The position numbers were made by a program, and so were the translations under genes. 64,000 nucleotides of DNA from a virus. The stretch is taken from positions 64,001 to 128,000 of IMG/VR virus record IMGVR_UViG_3300031918_000005. One strand, written 5' to 3'. The notes under the pieces are model-generated. The model searched no databases, was not told the origin of the DNA, and saw only the letters and a list, made by a program, of their open reading frames with translations. Positions 29,405 through 39,846 of this stretch are shown piece by piece (positions within the stretch are counted from its first letter, which is position 1; every line of letters starts with the position of its first letter).

Positions 29405-31105
29405 TTATTCCTCTTTTTTATCGGTTATTTCTTCGATTTTTATAACTTTTTGAATATTATATTCTTCTTCTGTCAAGATACCAAATTTATCAACATATAG
29501 ATATTTTTGAGAGTACATCGCTTCACCTTTATCATTCTTAATAGCTTCATATGATTTTATAATTTCAAGTTTTTTCTTGACAGTCATATTTTGTTTTGCA
29601 TCTTCTATTAAGAAGTTGGCATTATGTTTTATACCATAAGAAGTTTTGAATGATTTATCAACTTTCAATTCTTTAAATTTCAGCAAACAATTTATATAAA
29701 CTGGTGCTGATAAAACTTGATTGAAAGATGTCATCATTCTATTAATGAAATTAAAATATGATAAATCTTCATATGATAAATTATCATCGGCATAGAAAAT
29801 AACTCTACCACCACCCGAAGAGTCATCTTTATTGAATCTTTTTCGTGGCAATCTTGATATATTATTAAGTTGTTTATCAAAATAATCAACAACTTTCATA
29901 TTAGTAAGGTCTGGTCCATCCTGTTTAAGTGTATCAATTTGTGATTGAGAATTATTAACAGAAGGTATAACTATATTTCTTGAGTAAGATATTGATGCTT
30001 GGCCATTTACTGTTACTTCTCCACTATCAAAGTCAATAAGTAATGTTTCTTTATAGTGATTAACAAATTTTCTCAAAGCCTCAAGTGCTTTATCTGTTGT
30101 TTTATTACCAACTGGTACAACCATTTTGATTCTCGATTGGCAATTCATAATAAACCATCCAACAGTTGCATCTTCCATCTTCCTTTTTAAATTAAAATCA
30201 CGAAGAAGTCGTTCAACATATGATAAATTGCCAGTTGAATCAATGTCAAGGTATGGAATATACAAAACTTGATTTTCTGAAAGTATAACTTTAGCACCAA
30301 TCATTTTTTCATATTCCCAAGCTTTAAGTTTCTTTTCTCCATAACGAATATCAACATATCTCAACTTATTGGGGTCTATTTCATTAAATCCAAGAATTTT
30401 AATCGGATATAAATCTTCTTTTTCTTCACCATTAATATTGAATTTGCTATTAGCAAAGGTTTCTAATATATATTCAAATCTAGTGATACCATTATTAATT
30501 TTTGTTATTTTGTTTGTATGTATTACTTTGTTGTATTTTATCTTTGATTTTTCTTCAGTAAACGATTCATTTACTTTAATAAGAGTTTGCTTAAGCTTTG
30601 TAATTTGGTCATTCAATTCTTCTTTTGTTTTGAACTCATAAATTATTTCATATGCCAAACAACCATCAACAAGCCATTGTCTATATTTTTTCCAAGCAAC
30701 ATTATCATTATCAAAATCCAATAATGAATAAATATCACTGAATGATTCTTTAATATATTCTCTTATATTCTCTTGGTATTTTTCGTTGACGAATTTAACA
30801 TCACAATAACGATTGTATTCATCTGTTATTACTGAATCATCACAAATACAATCAAGAATATATTCAATTTCAGGATAATTAGCAAATTTTCGTAAATAAT
30901 TCCTTTTTTCAGGATAAGAAGATTTGGAATAAGAATTGGTATCAACATCTTGTGTAGCACCATTAGCAAATGAACTGTATGCTCTATACAATTCATCTTC
31001 ATATGTTACAGAATTTGTTTCCTTTATAATTGTGTAATCAATACCTATATTTGTTAATCTCTCTGTGAGTTTTGTTATTGGTCTGAAGATTATTGGTGTG
31101 GGCAT
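29405..31105 (-). CDS. Portal protein (T4 gp20-like)
   Basis: YPEIEYILDCICDD, RQWLVDG, LSYVERL...MEDA, VPVGN, IDTL..GP, RLPRKRF. Confidence 0.88.
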   Translation of the reverse strand: MPTPIIFRPITKLTERLTNIGIDYTIIKETNSVTYEDELYRAYSSFANGATQDVDTNSYSKSSYPEKRNYLRKFANYPEIEYILDCICDDSVITDEYNRYCDVKFVNEKYQENIREYIKESFSDIYSLLDFDNDNVAWKKYRQWLVDGCLAYEIIYEFKTKEELNDQITKLKQTLIKVNESFTEEKSKIKYNKVIHTNKITKINNGITRFEYILETFANSKFNINGEEKEDLYPIKILGFNEIDPNKLRYVDIRYGEKKLKAWEYEKMIGAKVILSENQVLYIPYLDIDSTGNLSYVERLLRDFNLKRKMEDATVGWFIMNCQSRIKMVVPVGNKTTDKALEALRKFVNHYKETLLIDFDSGEVTVNGQASISYSRNIVIPSVNNSQSQIDTLKQDGPDLTNMKVVDYFDKQLNNISRLPRKRFNKDDSSGGGRVIFYADDNLSYEDLSYFNFINRMMTSFNQVLSAPVYINCLLKFKELKVDKSFKTSYGIKHNANFLIEDAKQNMTVKKKLEIIKSYEAIKNDKGEAMYSQKYLYVDKFGILTEEEYNIQKVIKIEEITDKKEE

Positions 31106-31158
31106 AACATTTTATATTATTTAAATGGGGTTGATAAAGTAATATATGATCTTATATT

Positions 31159-31195
31159 AAAAAGGCCTGAAATTATTCAAATTTCAGGCCTTTTT
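31159..31195 (-). terminator. Terminator hairpin
   Basis: aaaaaggcctgaaat / atttcaggccttttt. Confidence 0.7.
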
Positions 31196-31215
31196 ATGAT
31201 TATTGTTAATAGTAT

Positions 31216-31929
31216 TTATTTTTTGCTTCTTTTTGCTTTTTTGCTTTCAAAAATAGCTTTACGATAACGTTTTTTGATTGATTCATTAATTTTTTCTTTG
31301 ATTCCATCTTTACAAGCTTCATCAATATTTTCTTGTGAGTCAACGATTGTATCAACAGCAGTTTCGATTACATCTTCAACAACATCCGCAGGAACTTCGG
31401 CTTCAACCAAAGTATCAACGAGTTCTCCAACTGAAATTTCTCCACCTTCTAATTCACTTGCAGCAGCGATTATTTGGTCTTTAACTTCATCGGTTATGGA
31501 TTCAGTATCGGTAAGAATTTGCTCAATATCACCAGCTTCAATTGCTTTATCGTCAACTATCTCATCGGCTTGTTCTTCTGTGATTTCTGTGATAGGAGTA
31601 TCTGATGCTGGAACTTCTTTTTCAACAACTTCATTTGATAAAAGAACTTCAGGGTCATATTGTTGACCATCTTCAGAAACAAAATAACCATAATCAGAAA
31701 CAAAAGTTCCTTGATTATTTTCAAAAGTTCCTTGTTCATCTTTGTATGTAAGAACAGAGCCAGCTGGTAAAACAACTCCACCATCAATTTCCAAATCTTC
31801 TTTTGTTGTATAAGTATCACCTTCAACAAGTTCTACTCCATATTTTTCAGACACAAAATTTTCAAAACACGGAACTCGACCAGTACCTATTTTTGATTTA
31901 AAACTTTCATTGATTTTATAAGTTTTCAT
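31216..31929 (-). CDS. Acidic prohead core/scaffold-like protein
   Basis: Very Asp/Glu-rich; MKTYKINES leader; INES/IFES motifs; next to portal. Confidence 0.55.
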   Translation of the reverse strand: MKTYKINESFKSKIGTGRVPCFENFVSEKYGVELVEGDTYTTKEDLEIDGGVVLPAGSVLTYKDEQGTFENNQGTFVSDYGYFVSEDGQQYDPEVLLSNEVVEKEVPASDTPITEITEEQADEIVDDKAIEAGDIEQILTDTESITDEVKDQIIAAASELEGGEISVGELVDTLVEAEVPADVVEDVIETAVDTIVDSQENIDEACKDGIKEKINESIKKRYRKAIFESKKAKRSKK

Positions 31930-32001
31930 AAGTAATAATTTTTTAAATGATTTTTTAAATGATTTTTAATTATTTAGTGGAATTAGTATTTTTAATTGGA
32001 A

Positions 32002-32703
32002 TTAGATGTTATTTATTTCATCAAGTTTTGATTTTGATACTTGATAAACATCATCAGTTCCATCAAATTCTATAAATATATGATCACCCATTGGATTAAA
32101 GCATATAGTAACACCATTTATATCATCATCAATTTCCAATTGGTTTTCATTATTATAATCAGATTTTAATAATTTGCTAACAACTTCATAAAAGAATTCA
32201 AGTGGCTGTTCAATATTTGTTTTCAATTGCATATCAATAGCAATATCTTCGATATTGCTGGTGTTTTCATTCACCGATAATAATGTATCCATATCAACAT
32301 AAATCATATCTTGAACAATATCAGGACTATAACTATTTATGTTTGGTTTGGTAGATAAATCTTCGCCTTCATTTACTTTTTCAGATTTTGCTGATTCAGT
32401 GAGGTATTGTATTGATTCATCAAGAACAACGGAAAATGAATCAGTTTCGTAATAATCTTTTAATTTATTTTTTAATGAATCAATACCAAATTCGGCTACA
32501 AATTTGTTGATTTTTTTGAGAATACCAGTTATTTTATTCTCTATATAATTTATATCTGATTTTATAGTAGAATTTCTTTTTAAATGTCTTAAATCTTGAT
32601 AATTGTCTAGATATTTTGCAAGTGTTTCCATTCTATAGTTTGAAATTGAAATTTCTTCTTCGATTTCCAAATCTTTTGATTCAAATACCTTTAACTTTTT
32701 CAT
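32002..32703 (-). CDS. Protein with MKKLKVFE leader (putative internal head protein)
   Basis: Start reassigned to 32703; LDES, LTES, VNEG and VNEN motifs. Confidence 0.6.
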   Translation of the reverse strand: MKKLKVFESKDLEIEEEISISNYRMETLAKYLDNYQDLRHLKRNSTIKSDINYIENKITGILKKINKFVAEFGIDSLKNKLKDYYETDSFSVVLDESIQYLTESAKSEKVNEGEDLSTKPNINSYSPDIVQDMIYVDMDTLLSVNENTSNIEDIAIDMQLKTNIEQPLEFFYEVVSKLLKSDYNNENQLEIDDDINGVTICFNPMGDHIFIEFDGTDDVYQVSKSKLDEINNI

Positions 32704-32716
32704 TTTGATTTCATTT

Positions 32717-33421
32717 TTATTCAGACAAATTTTCGAATATATCATTTATTCTTTTTTTCATCATTATATATGTATTATGATGCATTCTATCAAGTTCTTC
32801 TATAAGAGTAATAACCTTTTGTTTATTTCTTGATTTAAGACACCTTATACACATTTCAAGTTTTTTATCAATGTCATCGGGTGGAAATAATGTTCCAAGT
32901 TGTCTTCCATTGATATAAAATTCATTCATGCAATCAATACTCTTATTTCTATGTATTGACAATATGCTTTTTATAGTGTCTTCCAATGCTACAGTATTGT
33001 TATCGTTTTCATTATTTGATTCAGATGCTGTATGTAAGGATTTTATTATATCGATTTTTTGTGAATCCAAAATCGATTTTATCACAACAACAGATTGTTG
33101 TATATTAATCTCTCTTTTTGCATCATTATCAATTTTATCAGAAACCTTTTCTAGATATGCGCATACTCTTTCCAATACTGGAGCTATATTTGCTATATCT
33201 TCAACTATTTTTGTGTTATCTTTATTATTGTTTTTAATAAATTGTTTAAACATTAATAAAAAAGCCAACATAAAAACGGTGAATAAAGCTATTGATATCC
33301 AAATCGCAAATGCCATACCTACACTTGTAGAACCATAATCATTAATATTTTTAGACAATTTACCTACGGTTTCAGCACTTTGTGAAACAGATACTGCAGA
33401 ACTCAATAATAATAAATTCAT
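32717..33421 (-). CDS. Single-pass membrane protein (holin-like)
   Basis: Long TM AFAIWISIALFTVFMLAFLLMF followed by a soluble helical domain. Confidence 0.5.
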   Translation of the reverse strand: MNLLLLSSAVSVSQSAETVGKLSKNINDYGSTSVGMAFAIWISIALFTVFMLAFLLMFKQFIKNNNKDNTKIVEDIANIAPVLERVCAYLEKVSDKIDNDAKREINIQQSVVVIKSILDSQKIDIIKSLHTASESNNENDNNTVALEDTIKSILSIHRNKSIDCMNEFYINGRQLGTLFPPDDIDKKLEMCIRCLKSRNKQKVITLIEELDRMHHNTYIMMKKRINDIFENLSE

Positions 33422-33467
33422 ATTAATACAATTTTATTATTTACTAGAAAATGATATCAATATGAAT

Positions 33468-34868
33468 TTATTGTGGGAGTATTTTGAATTGAGTTGGGTC
33501 TATAAGACCTGAAGCTTCAGTCATACGCATATAATTATATTCAACTTTCATCTTCAGATAATAATCTTTGTAACGACTGTCTCTTATCTTTAGGAATTTG
33601 AAATACATTTCTTTATTCATACGCATAACTTCAGGAGTTATCATGCCTATAACATTATCAGCTCTATGAAAAAGACCAGATGATTCCGACATGAAACTAC
33701 CCATTTCGATATCGCTTGCGTTTGCGTTTTTGATTGTTGCTTGGTGGGCTGTAATCATAGCCCATTGGTTATCTACACCAGCTTGGAATAATGCTTCTGC
33801 ATTAGATTTATGATAAGAATACATATTTTCTGGAGAAATTCCATAATCATTACCAAGTTCTGTTAAATAATCTATAATTACTGCATCAAATTTTATATTT
33901 CTTTCTTCTTCAAGCCTTCTCACTCTTGAAATTATAGATAAAGGACTAGCTTTTGAAAATCTCATGCTAAGAAATACACCAACTTTACCTTTTTCTTTAA
34001 TTATACCCCTTAATGCGTCTTGTACTACATCCGATGATTCAGAAAATCTAGCATAATCATACATTGGTATCGATAGCATATTACTACCAATTCTCTTATA
34101 TATTTTATCGATACCCATCTCAAGAGATATTAATACAACATTTTTACCAGCAAGTGATATACCAGCTGCTATATTTCCAAGAACTAAAGATTTACCTGCA
34201 TTTGGAGCACCAGCGTATATGGTTAAAGTACCAGGGGCGAATCCGCCATTTTCTTCAAAATCGGAAAGTGCCATATTTGTTGCCGAGAATCCACTATTAA
34301 CATAATTTTCAGCCTTCATCTGAACATGTTCTTTGGCATCCCAATAATCATGAATTTCAGCATCTTCCATGTCTATTGATGACCTTCTAACAACAATGTC
34401 TTTTGCTCTACCAATTACTTGCTTTACATTTTCAGGTGTTATTGTCTGTGTTTGCATATAACGAACAGCAGATTTATAACCTTCTTGTGCATTTTGCCAA
34501 CTAATCCAAGAACCAACTGTCTCTTTTAACCAGTCTTCAGAATGTCCATTTATATTTGTTGTTATAATATGTTTTGTTACAGATAGGAAGCTATTTATAT
34601 TTTCATTGATATCCTTGTTGTTGTCAATGATATAGCTTTCTTTATCTTCTTTAACCAAAACGTCTATTTGCCCTATGTCTGGATTTTGGGTGTCAAAGAG
34701 AGGCTCGTTGAACCTTGTGAAGAATTCTTTTGCTAATTTGAATAGAAATTTACAATAGACATCTTTGAAAAAAGATTCATCTATTTTATTGATAAGATTG
34801 AGGTTGTTTCTTTTTTGAATATAGCAAAATACTATTTGTTCAAAATCGGTTGTGTTGTTTCCAATCAT
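33468..34868 (-). CDS. Replicative DnaB-like helicase (T4 gp41)
   Basis: GAPNAGKS, ISLEM, IIDYL, ITAHQ, SESSG, KIRD. Confidence 0.9.
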   Translation of the reverse strand: MIGNNTTDFEQIVFCYIQKRNNLNLINKIDESFFKDVYCKFLFKLAKEFFTRFNEPLFDTQNPDIGQIDVLVKEDKESYIIDNNKDINENINSFLSVTKHIITTNINGHSEDWLKETVGSWISWQNAQEGYKSAVRYMQTQTITPENVKQVIGRAKDIVVRRSSIDMEDAEIHDYWDAKEHVQMKAENYVNSGFSATNMALSDFEENGGFAPGTLTIYAGAPNAGKSLVLGNIAAGISLAGKNVVLISLEMGIDKIYKRIGSNMLSIPMYDYARFSESSDVVQDALRGIIKEKGKVGVFLSMRFSKASPLSIISRVRRLEEERNIKFDAVIIDYLTELGNDYGISPENMYSYHKSNAEALFQAGVDNQWAMITAHQATIKNANASDIEMGSFMSESSGLFHRADNVIGMITPEVMRMNKEMYFKFLKIRDSRYKDYYLKMKVEYNYMRMTEASGLIDPTQFKILPQ

Positions 34869-35116
34869 TGTTGAGTTATAGTTAATATTTCATCAGCGAT
34901 TGTTGCTTGCTTTGTATCAACGAGATTTTGTATACAAACATCAAACTCCTTCATCTTATATTCAGTATTAGCTACAGTTTTTCTAATATCTTCAATATTC
35001 ATACTCTTTTTGTTTTTACTCATAACAAAAAATATAATATCATCGGGTTCAATGGTTTCCAAGTTAAGGTATTGACCAGTAAGATATTTCAATTTCAAAT
35101 TTGTTTTATCAATCAT
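34865..35116 (-). CDS. Small hypothetical protein (winged-helix-like)
   Basis: 83 aa between uvsX and gp41. Confidence 0.55.
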   Translation of the reverse strand: MIDKTNLKLKYLTGQYLNLETIEPDDIIFFVMSKNKKSMNIEDIRKTVANTEYKMKEFDVCIQNLVDTKQATIADEILTITQQ

Positions 35117-35118
35117 AA

Positions 35119-36927
35119 TTATTTTGATTTGTCTAGAATTGAATTCATTTGGCTTTCAAAATCTGATACTGAATCATCAAATTCTGCTGCTGAATCATCA
35201 GTAAGCACTTCTGCTGAATCATCAATAAATTCTGTTCTATATTGGAAAAGAGGTTTAATCATCTTTTCATCGATTTGTTTTAGTACTTCATCGGTAAACA
35301 CCGTTTTATTGAAAAGTTGTGAGAAATCAACGCATCTATTAAGATGTTTAACACAATATTGGTTTGATGATTCTTGTGGTTTACAAACCTTTTTCTCTAC
35401 TTTGTTGATTATACCATCAACAATCATTTCATCAACAAATTTTTGAGTGAATTTAAAAGATTGGTCTAATTTGGAGTTGTATCTAACATTATCAGATGTG
35501 CTTTCATTCACATAAGAAAAATCTTTTGATTTATATTTGCTTGAATTAACAGCATCAAGTATAGGTTTTTTAAACTTAAATTTTTGAATCTTGTTGACAT
35601 CAACTTTGGCATTACCCATTACAAACACATCATCATTTTTGATAGAATTTTGAACCCACTTAACAAGTGATTGTTCCGAAAAAATGTTATTCAATTGCAT
35701 TTTTTCTTTTAAAAATATTGTATCAAATTCTAAATTAACATTATGACCACACGACTGTAAAAATAAAATTAAGTCAGGTAGTTGTATTATTTGCTCTTCA
35801 TTTGAATCAAACACAATGTAACCATTTTCGATATCTTCTTCAAACGAAGGTTGGAAACTGTCTTTTTTATTTGACGAAAGTGAAGACAACACCAATTTGG
35901 TTGAATATTTGTTATTCAACCAATCCGAAGTATCAATAGCTTTTTTACCAAATATTTCTTGAGCTATATTGATATAATCAACCATTTTACCTTTTGTAAT
36001 ACCGCAAACATCCCAAGAGATAAATTCTTCAAGACCTAAAAATCTGTTAATTCCTCTAGTGAATGAAATGTAAAAAGATACTGGTCTATGCATTGAAAAT
36101 CTAGATTCCATAATTTCTGCAGTAACAATAATACCAGTTTTTTGTTTATCTTCATCTCTATCAAATTTTTTGCGAAGATTAACGACAACTGATGGCATAT
36201 AAAGAGAACCTTTACCACCCGATAACTTTTTAACTTTTTGATAACCTTCATCGGCTTCATAAGTATGTGCTGTACAAACCAATGGAATACCAAGTTTACC
36301 AAATCTTGGAATAAGAAGGTTATACATAACTTTAAGCTCTTTTGCTAAGCTACCCATATCACTCTTCATATTACCTTCTAATGCATCATTCAATTGTTTT
36401 TCTGAATTTAAAGTTGATATAGAATCTATAACAACAGCTATCTTCGGTAATTCTTTTCGTTGGTCTACTGGTAATTTTTTATTTTCTTGATTTATTTTTT
36501 CTTTTGTGTCAAATAATGATTGTGTCAATTGAACCATTTGTGATGTTATTTGATTGACTGTATCAGGAATGATAAATTTTATCATGTTTATATCAACACC
36601 TTGAGCAAGATATCTTTCTTTTGTGTGTGCATGTTCTGTGTCAAATATTATAACCATATAACCATCTTTTTGTAGTTCTCTAACTGCATCAAGAACTATA
36701 TAACTTTTTCCAGTTTTGGGGTCACCAGCTATAATAATACAATGTCCACTTGGTGTACCACCAAATAATGTACCACTTATGCATGCATTCAATACATACG
36801 ACCCAGCAGAAGTAAAAGTAACTTCTTGGTCAAGTTCTACATAATCAGAATTTGGTAAAAATTGATTTATATAATTTGATATTTCAGAAAAATTTTTGTA
36901 ATTTCCACTAAATATTTGTTTAGCCAT
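35119..36927 (-). CDS. uvsX: RecA/UvsX recombinase with large C-terminal-domain insertion
   Basis: GSYVLNACISG, GDPKTGKS, FDTE, VIDSI, DMG, SGGKG; 602 aa. Confidence 0.9.
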   Translation of the reverse strand: MAKQIFSGNYKNFSEISNYINQFLPNSDYVELDQEVTFTSAGSYVLNACISGTLFGGTPSGHCIIIAGDPKTGKSYIVLDAVRELQKDGYMVIIFDTEHAHTKERYLAQGVDINMIKFIIPDTVNQITSQMVQLTQSLFDTKEKINQENKKLPVDQRKELPKIAVVIDSISTLNSEKQLNDALEGNMKSDMGSLAKELKVMYNLLIPRFGKLGIPLVCTAHTYEADEGYQKVKKLSGGKGSLYMPSVVVNLRKKFDRDEDKQKTGIIVTAEIMESRFSMHRPVSFYISFTRGINRFLGLEEFISWDVCGITKGKMVDYINIAQEIFGKKAIDTSDWLNNKYSTKLVLSSLSSNKKDSFQPSFEEDIENGYIVFDSNEEQIIQLPDLILFLQSCGHNVNLEFDTIFLKEKMQLNNIFSEQSLVKWVQNSIKNDDVFVMGNAKVDVNKIQKFKFKKPILDAVNSSKYKSKDFSYVNESTSDNVRYNSKLDQSFKFTQKFVDEMIVDGIINKVEKKVCKPQESSNQYCVKHLNRCVDFSQLFNKTVFTDEVLKQIDEKMIKPLFQYRTEFIDDSAEVLTDDSAAEFDDSVSDFESQMNSILDKSK

Positions 36928-36928
36928 T

Positions 36929-37882
36929 TTATATTAAATTTAATTTATGATTTATTATTATTTTTATATATCTTTTTATAACATTTGGTTTTTTAGTCCA
37001 ATCCAAATTCCATATTGTCAATATGTCAATATTTCTTTCATTTTTATATTCGGAAATCTTCAGTTTATCATTTTCCCATACATCTTTTGCTAATTTCCCA
37101 TATTTTGACAAGTCATCGTATTTGAATTTTCTTGGGTCACAATGTATTCCAGTACCATTAAATTCAAACCCCAAATTCAAGTCCTCTAAAAATATATCAA
37201 TTTGTAATCTTTTATTATTAATTTTTGAAAAGTAATCATATTGAATTTTAATGTTTTTAAATTCCGTTTTTATAAATTCATAAATTGTTATTTGTGGCCT
37301 TGATTTGTTTGTATAATTGGTTGAATTCAATGGTATACAATTTGTACAAATATCAATATTGTTTTTTATTCTATAATAATATTGATTAAAACTATGGATT
37401 TTAAATTGTTCATTACACTTATTACACAATAATAAGTGTTCATTATTGCCAACATATTTTATATAATCAAAATCCTTTTCTAAACAACCGTCTTTTTCAA
37501 GTCTTAATAAAAATTTATTTGGTTTTTCTTTGTTTGGCTTTTCTTTATACCAATCTTTTTTACATCTACTATTTTTATTACCAGTTGATTTTAATGATTT
37601 TAATTTAATATTACATGATTTACTACATGATTTTAGGTATTTTTGTTCCTTGAAAGAATATATTGCTATACCACCACATATTTCACATTTTTGTAATTCA
37701 AACACATCATTTTTAATATGCCAAATTCTTTGATAACCATAAATTTTGATATAGTGCTCATCAAGGAAAGAAGTCAAATAAATAATCTCTTTCCAAAATT
37801 TATTATTTTGTAGCATCACAGATTTTGATATATTGTATCGATTCCCATACCACCAATCAATCAAATAATCATATTTCCCCAT
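36929..37882 (-). CDS. Putative homing endonuclease (Zn-finger N-terminus, PD-(D/E)xK/Vsr-like C-terminus)
   Basis: CEICG, CSKSC, CNKC...CTNC; IDIFLEDLNLGFEFNG..IH, D..K, LTIW..DW; start reassigned to MGKY. Confidence 0.75.
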   Translation of the reverse strand: MGKYDYLIDWWYGNRYNISKSVMLQNNKFWKEIIYLTSFLDEHYIKIYGYQRIWHIKNDVFELQKCEICGGIAIYSFKEQKYLKSCSKSCNIKLKSLKSTGNKNSRCKKDWYKEKPNKEKPNKFLLRLEKDGCLEKDFDYIKYVGNNEHLLLCNKCNEQFKIHSFNQYYYRIKNNIDICTNCIPLNSTNYTNKSRPQITIYEFIKTEFKNIKIQYDYFSKINNKRLQIDIFLEDLNLGFEFNGTGIHCDPRKFKYDDLSKYGKLAKDVWENDKLKISEYKNERNIDILTIWNLDWTKKPNVIKRYIKIIINHKLNLI

Positions 37883-37920
37883 ATCAGTTTTTAATTTATT
37901 TAATAAAATAATCAAATACA

Positions 37921-37959
37921 TTTGGTGCTTGAGAAAGTGTATTATTCTCAAGCACCAAA
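37921..37959 (-). terminator. Terminator hairpin
   Basis: tttggtgcttgagaa / ttctcaagcaccaaa. Confidence 0.7.
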
Positions 37960-37980
37960 AATTTATGTTGTAATAATATG

Positions 37981-39678
37981 TTATTGTTTTGCACTGAAGA
38001 AATCAATATCTTCTTTAAGGTGTTTCATATCTTCTTCATTATTGATATTATATGAAACATTTCTAATAGGTGATGATTTCATGATTTCATCATCATTTGA
38101 TTGAGTGAAATCATATTTCCAGCATTTGAACACAATTTTTTCACCTTCTTTTTTCAGTTCTATAAGTTTATAAGACATGAACTTTTTAATCAATACAGTT
38201 TCGCCAGTAGATATCAAAGTGTTTATAACGTCAGGTATTGGTGTCTTATCATCAACAGTATAGGTTTCCAAAATTTTTTTGATATCAGCGTTTTCATTAA
38301 TTTTATAACTCTTCTTACCAATAAGTATTCTTCTTTCAAATATTCCAAATTTTTTCATAACAATTGGTTTTATTAAACTACCATTAAATTTTATATTCTT
38401 GCCTTCATTTATTGTCAAAGAGTTGTCAAGGTCATTAGCATCGTCTTTAACATTGATATTTGTAAGACCTTCAATATTGCCAAGTTCTGTTGATATTTCA
38501 TCAACAACTTTATTAATAATTTGAGAAGATTTTTCTTCATCCGACAATTTTTGAATTTGCTCTTTTTTACCAAGCAAAAGTAGATAAACTTCTTCAATAT
38601 CTTCAGTATAACGAATATCTTCAGGTAACGATTCTATCTTGTTAATATTTCGTTGGATAATTTCAAGCTCTTGAACATATTCTTCATCATGTTCAGAAAT
38701 GATATCATCGAAGTTAAATTCGTTATTTTCTTCTTCTTTTGGTATTTCAGTTGGTTTTGGTGCTGTTTGTGGTGGTAATAAAGGTTCATCAGATTTTGGT
38801 GGTTCAGGTTGTGAATTAGTATTATCTTTTTTATCTTCATCTTCATTATCCATAAATCCTTCATTAACTGAAGAAATATCTAGACTTTTAGCGATGTCAA
38901 TACCATACATTTCAAGAACATGTGCTTGGATTTCATTGTTATATTTAAACATTTCATCAATATTGTTAAGTTCATCAACTATAACAACATAAATGTTTGG
39001 CTCAAGGAATAACACATAAACAGTTGTGAATAATTCTTCATTCTCAATAGAAAAACCTTTAACAGATATTTCTTCATTAGAACTAAATTTATCAAGTGAT
39101 TCATAAATTTTTTCACCTTTACCAACAACAAGGTTATCTTTAATACCTTTAGCTGTGAAATCCTTAGCTTCTTGGAAAATAAGTTTTCTTGAATTATTAT
39201 CCATTGTTGCTGAAGCAACCGATTGAGTTTTTGGGTCTATTGATACAAGATTATTGTATAAATCCATTATTTTCCAATTCAATCCTTCTTTATCTTTAGC
39301 ATCTTCATTTAATGACCCAAATATTTGACCCAAATCAATATATCTAGTTATATATTGTGAAATTATTGAAGGTGGTAAAAATTTAGCATTAACAAGTTTT
39401 TTATAAACTGGTGTTGTAATGGAACAATTTTCTTTTATTGCTTCGAGTAATTGCTCGAATAAAATAACGGACATTGCTTTATCAAGTAAATTATATTGGT
39501 TGATTATAGCCTCTGCAGCTGATTTTATTGTTATATCATCATCTTCTTCTATACCAACTAGATATTTTTTATTTTCTTTGCTATTGAACAAATAATAATT
39601 GCCATCAGTGTCTTTAGATATCAACAATTTATTGTCATATTCAAGGAAGTAGCTTCCATCTGATATTTTCCAATTCAT
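37981..39678 (-). CDS. Hypothetical acidic protein, likely prohead core/internal head protein
   Basis: Many [IVL]NE motifs (LNED, VNEG, INEG, INEN); Pro-rich linker. Confidence 0.55.
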   Translation of the reverse strand: MNWKISDGSYFLEYDNKLLISKDTDGNYYLFNSKENKKYLVGIEEDDDITIKSAAEAIINQYNLLDKAMSVILFEQLLEAIKENCSITTPVYKKLVNAKFLPPSIISQYITRYIDLGQIFGSLNEDAKDKEGLNWKIMDLYNNLVSIDPKTQSVASATMDNNSRKLIFQEAKDFTAKGIKDNLVVGKGEKIYESLDKFSSNEEISVKGFSIENEELFTTVYVLFLEPNIYVVIVDELNNIDEMFKYNNEIQAHVLEMYGIDIAKSLDISSVNEGFMDNEDEDKKDNTNSQPEPPKSDEPLLPPQTAPKPTEIPKEEENNEFNFDDIISEHDEEYVQELEIIQRNINKIESLPEDIRYTEDIEEVYLLLLGKKEQIQKLSDEEKSSQIINKVVDEISTELGNIEGLTNINVKDDANDLDNSLTINEGKNIKFNGSLIKPIVMKKFGIFERRILIGKKSYKINENADIKKILETYTVDDKTPIPDVINTLISTGETVLIKKFMSYKLIELKKEGEKIVFKCWKYDFTQSNDDEIMKSSPIRNVSYNINNEEDMKHLKEDIDFFSAKQ

Positions 39679-39776
39679 AATCGAATATTTTAATTTTTAT
39701 TTATTTATTTTTATTCATTACAAAAACGCAAAAATTCAATATTAATGTAAAGACATTTATTAATAATATAAAAACG

Positions 39777-39810
39777 ATTCGACCATCAAATGAGGGTTTG
39801 ATGGTCGAAT
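39777..39810 (-). terminator. Terminator after tail tube gene
   Basis: attcgaccatcaaa / tttgatggtcgaat. Confidence 0.7.
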
Positions 39811-39846
39811 TGGGCATTGGATTAGAAAGGGGGTGTATTCAATATA

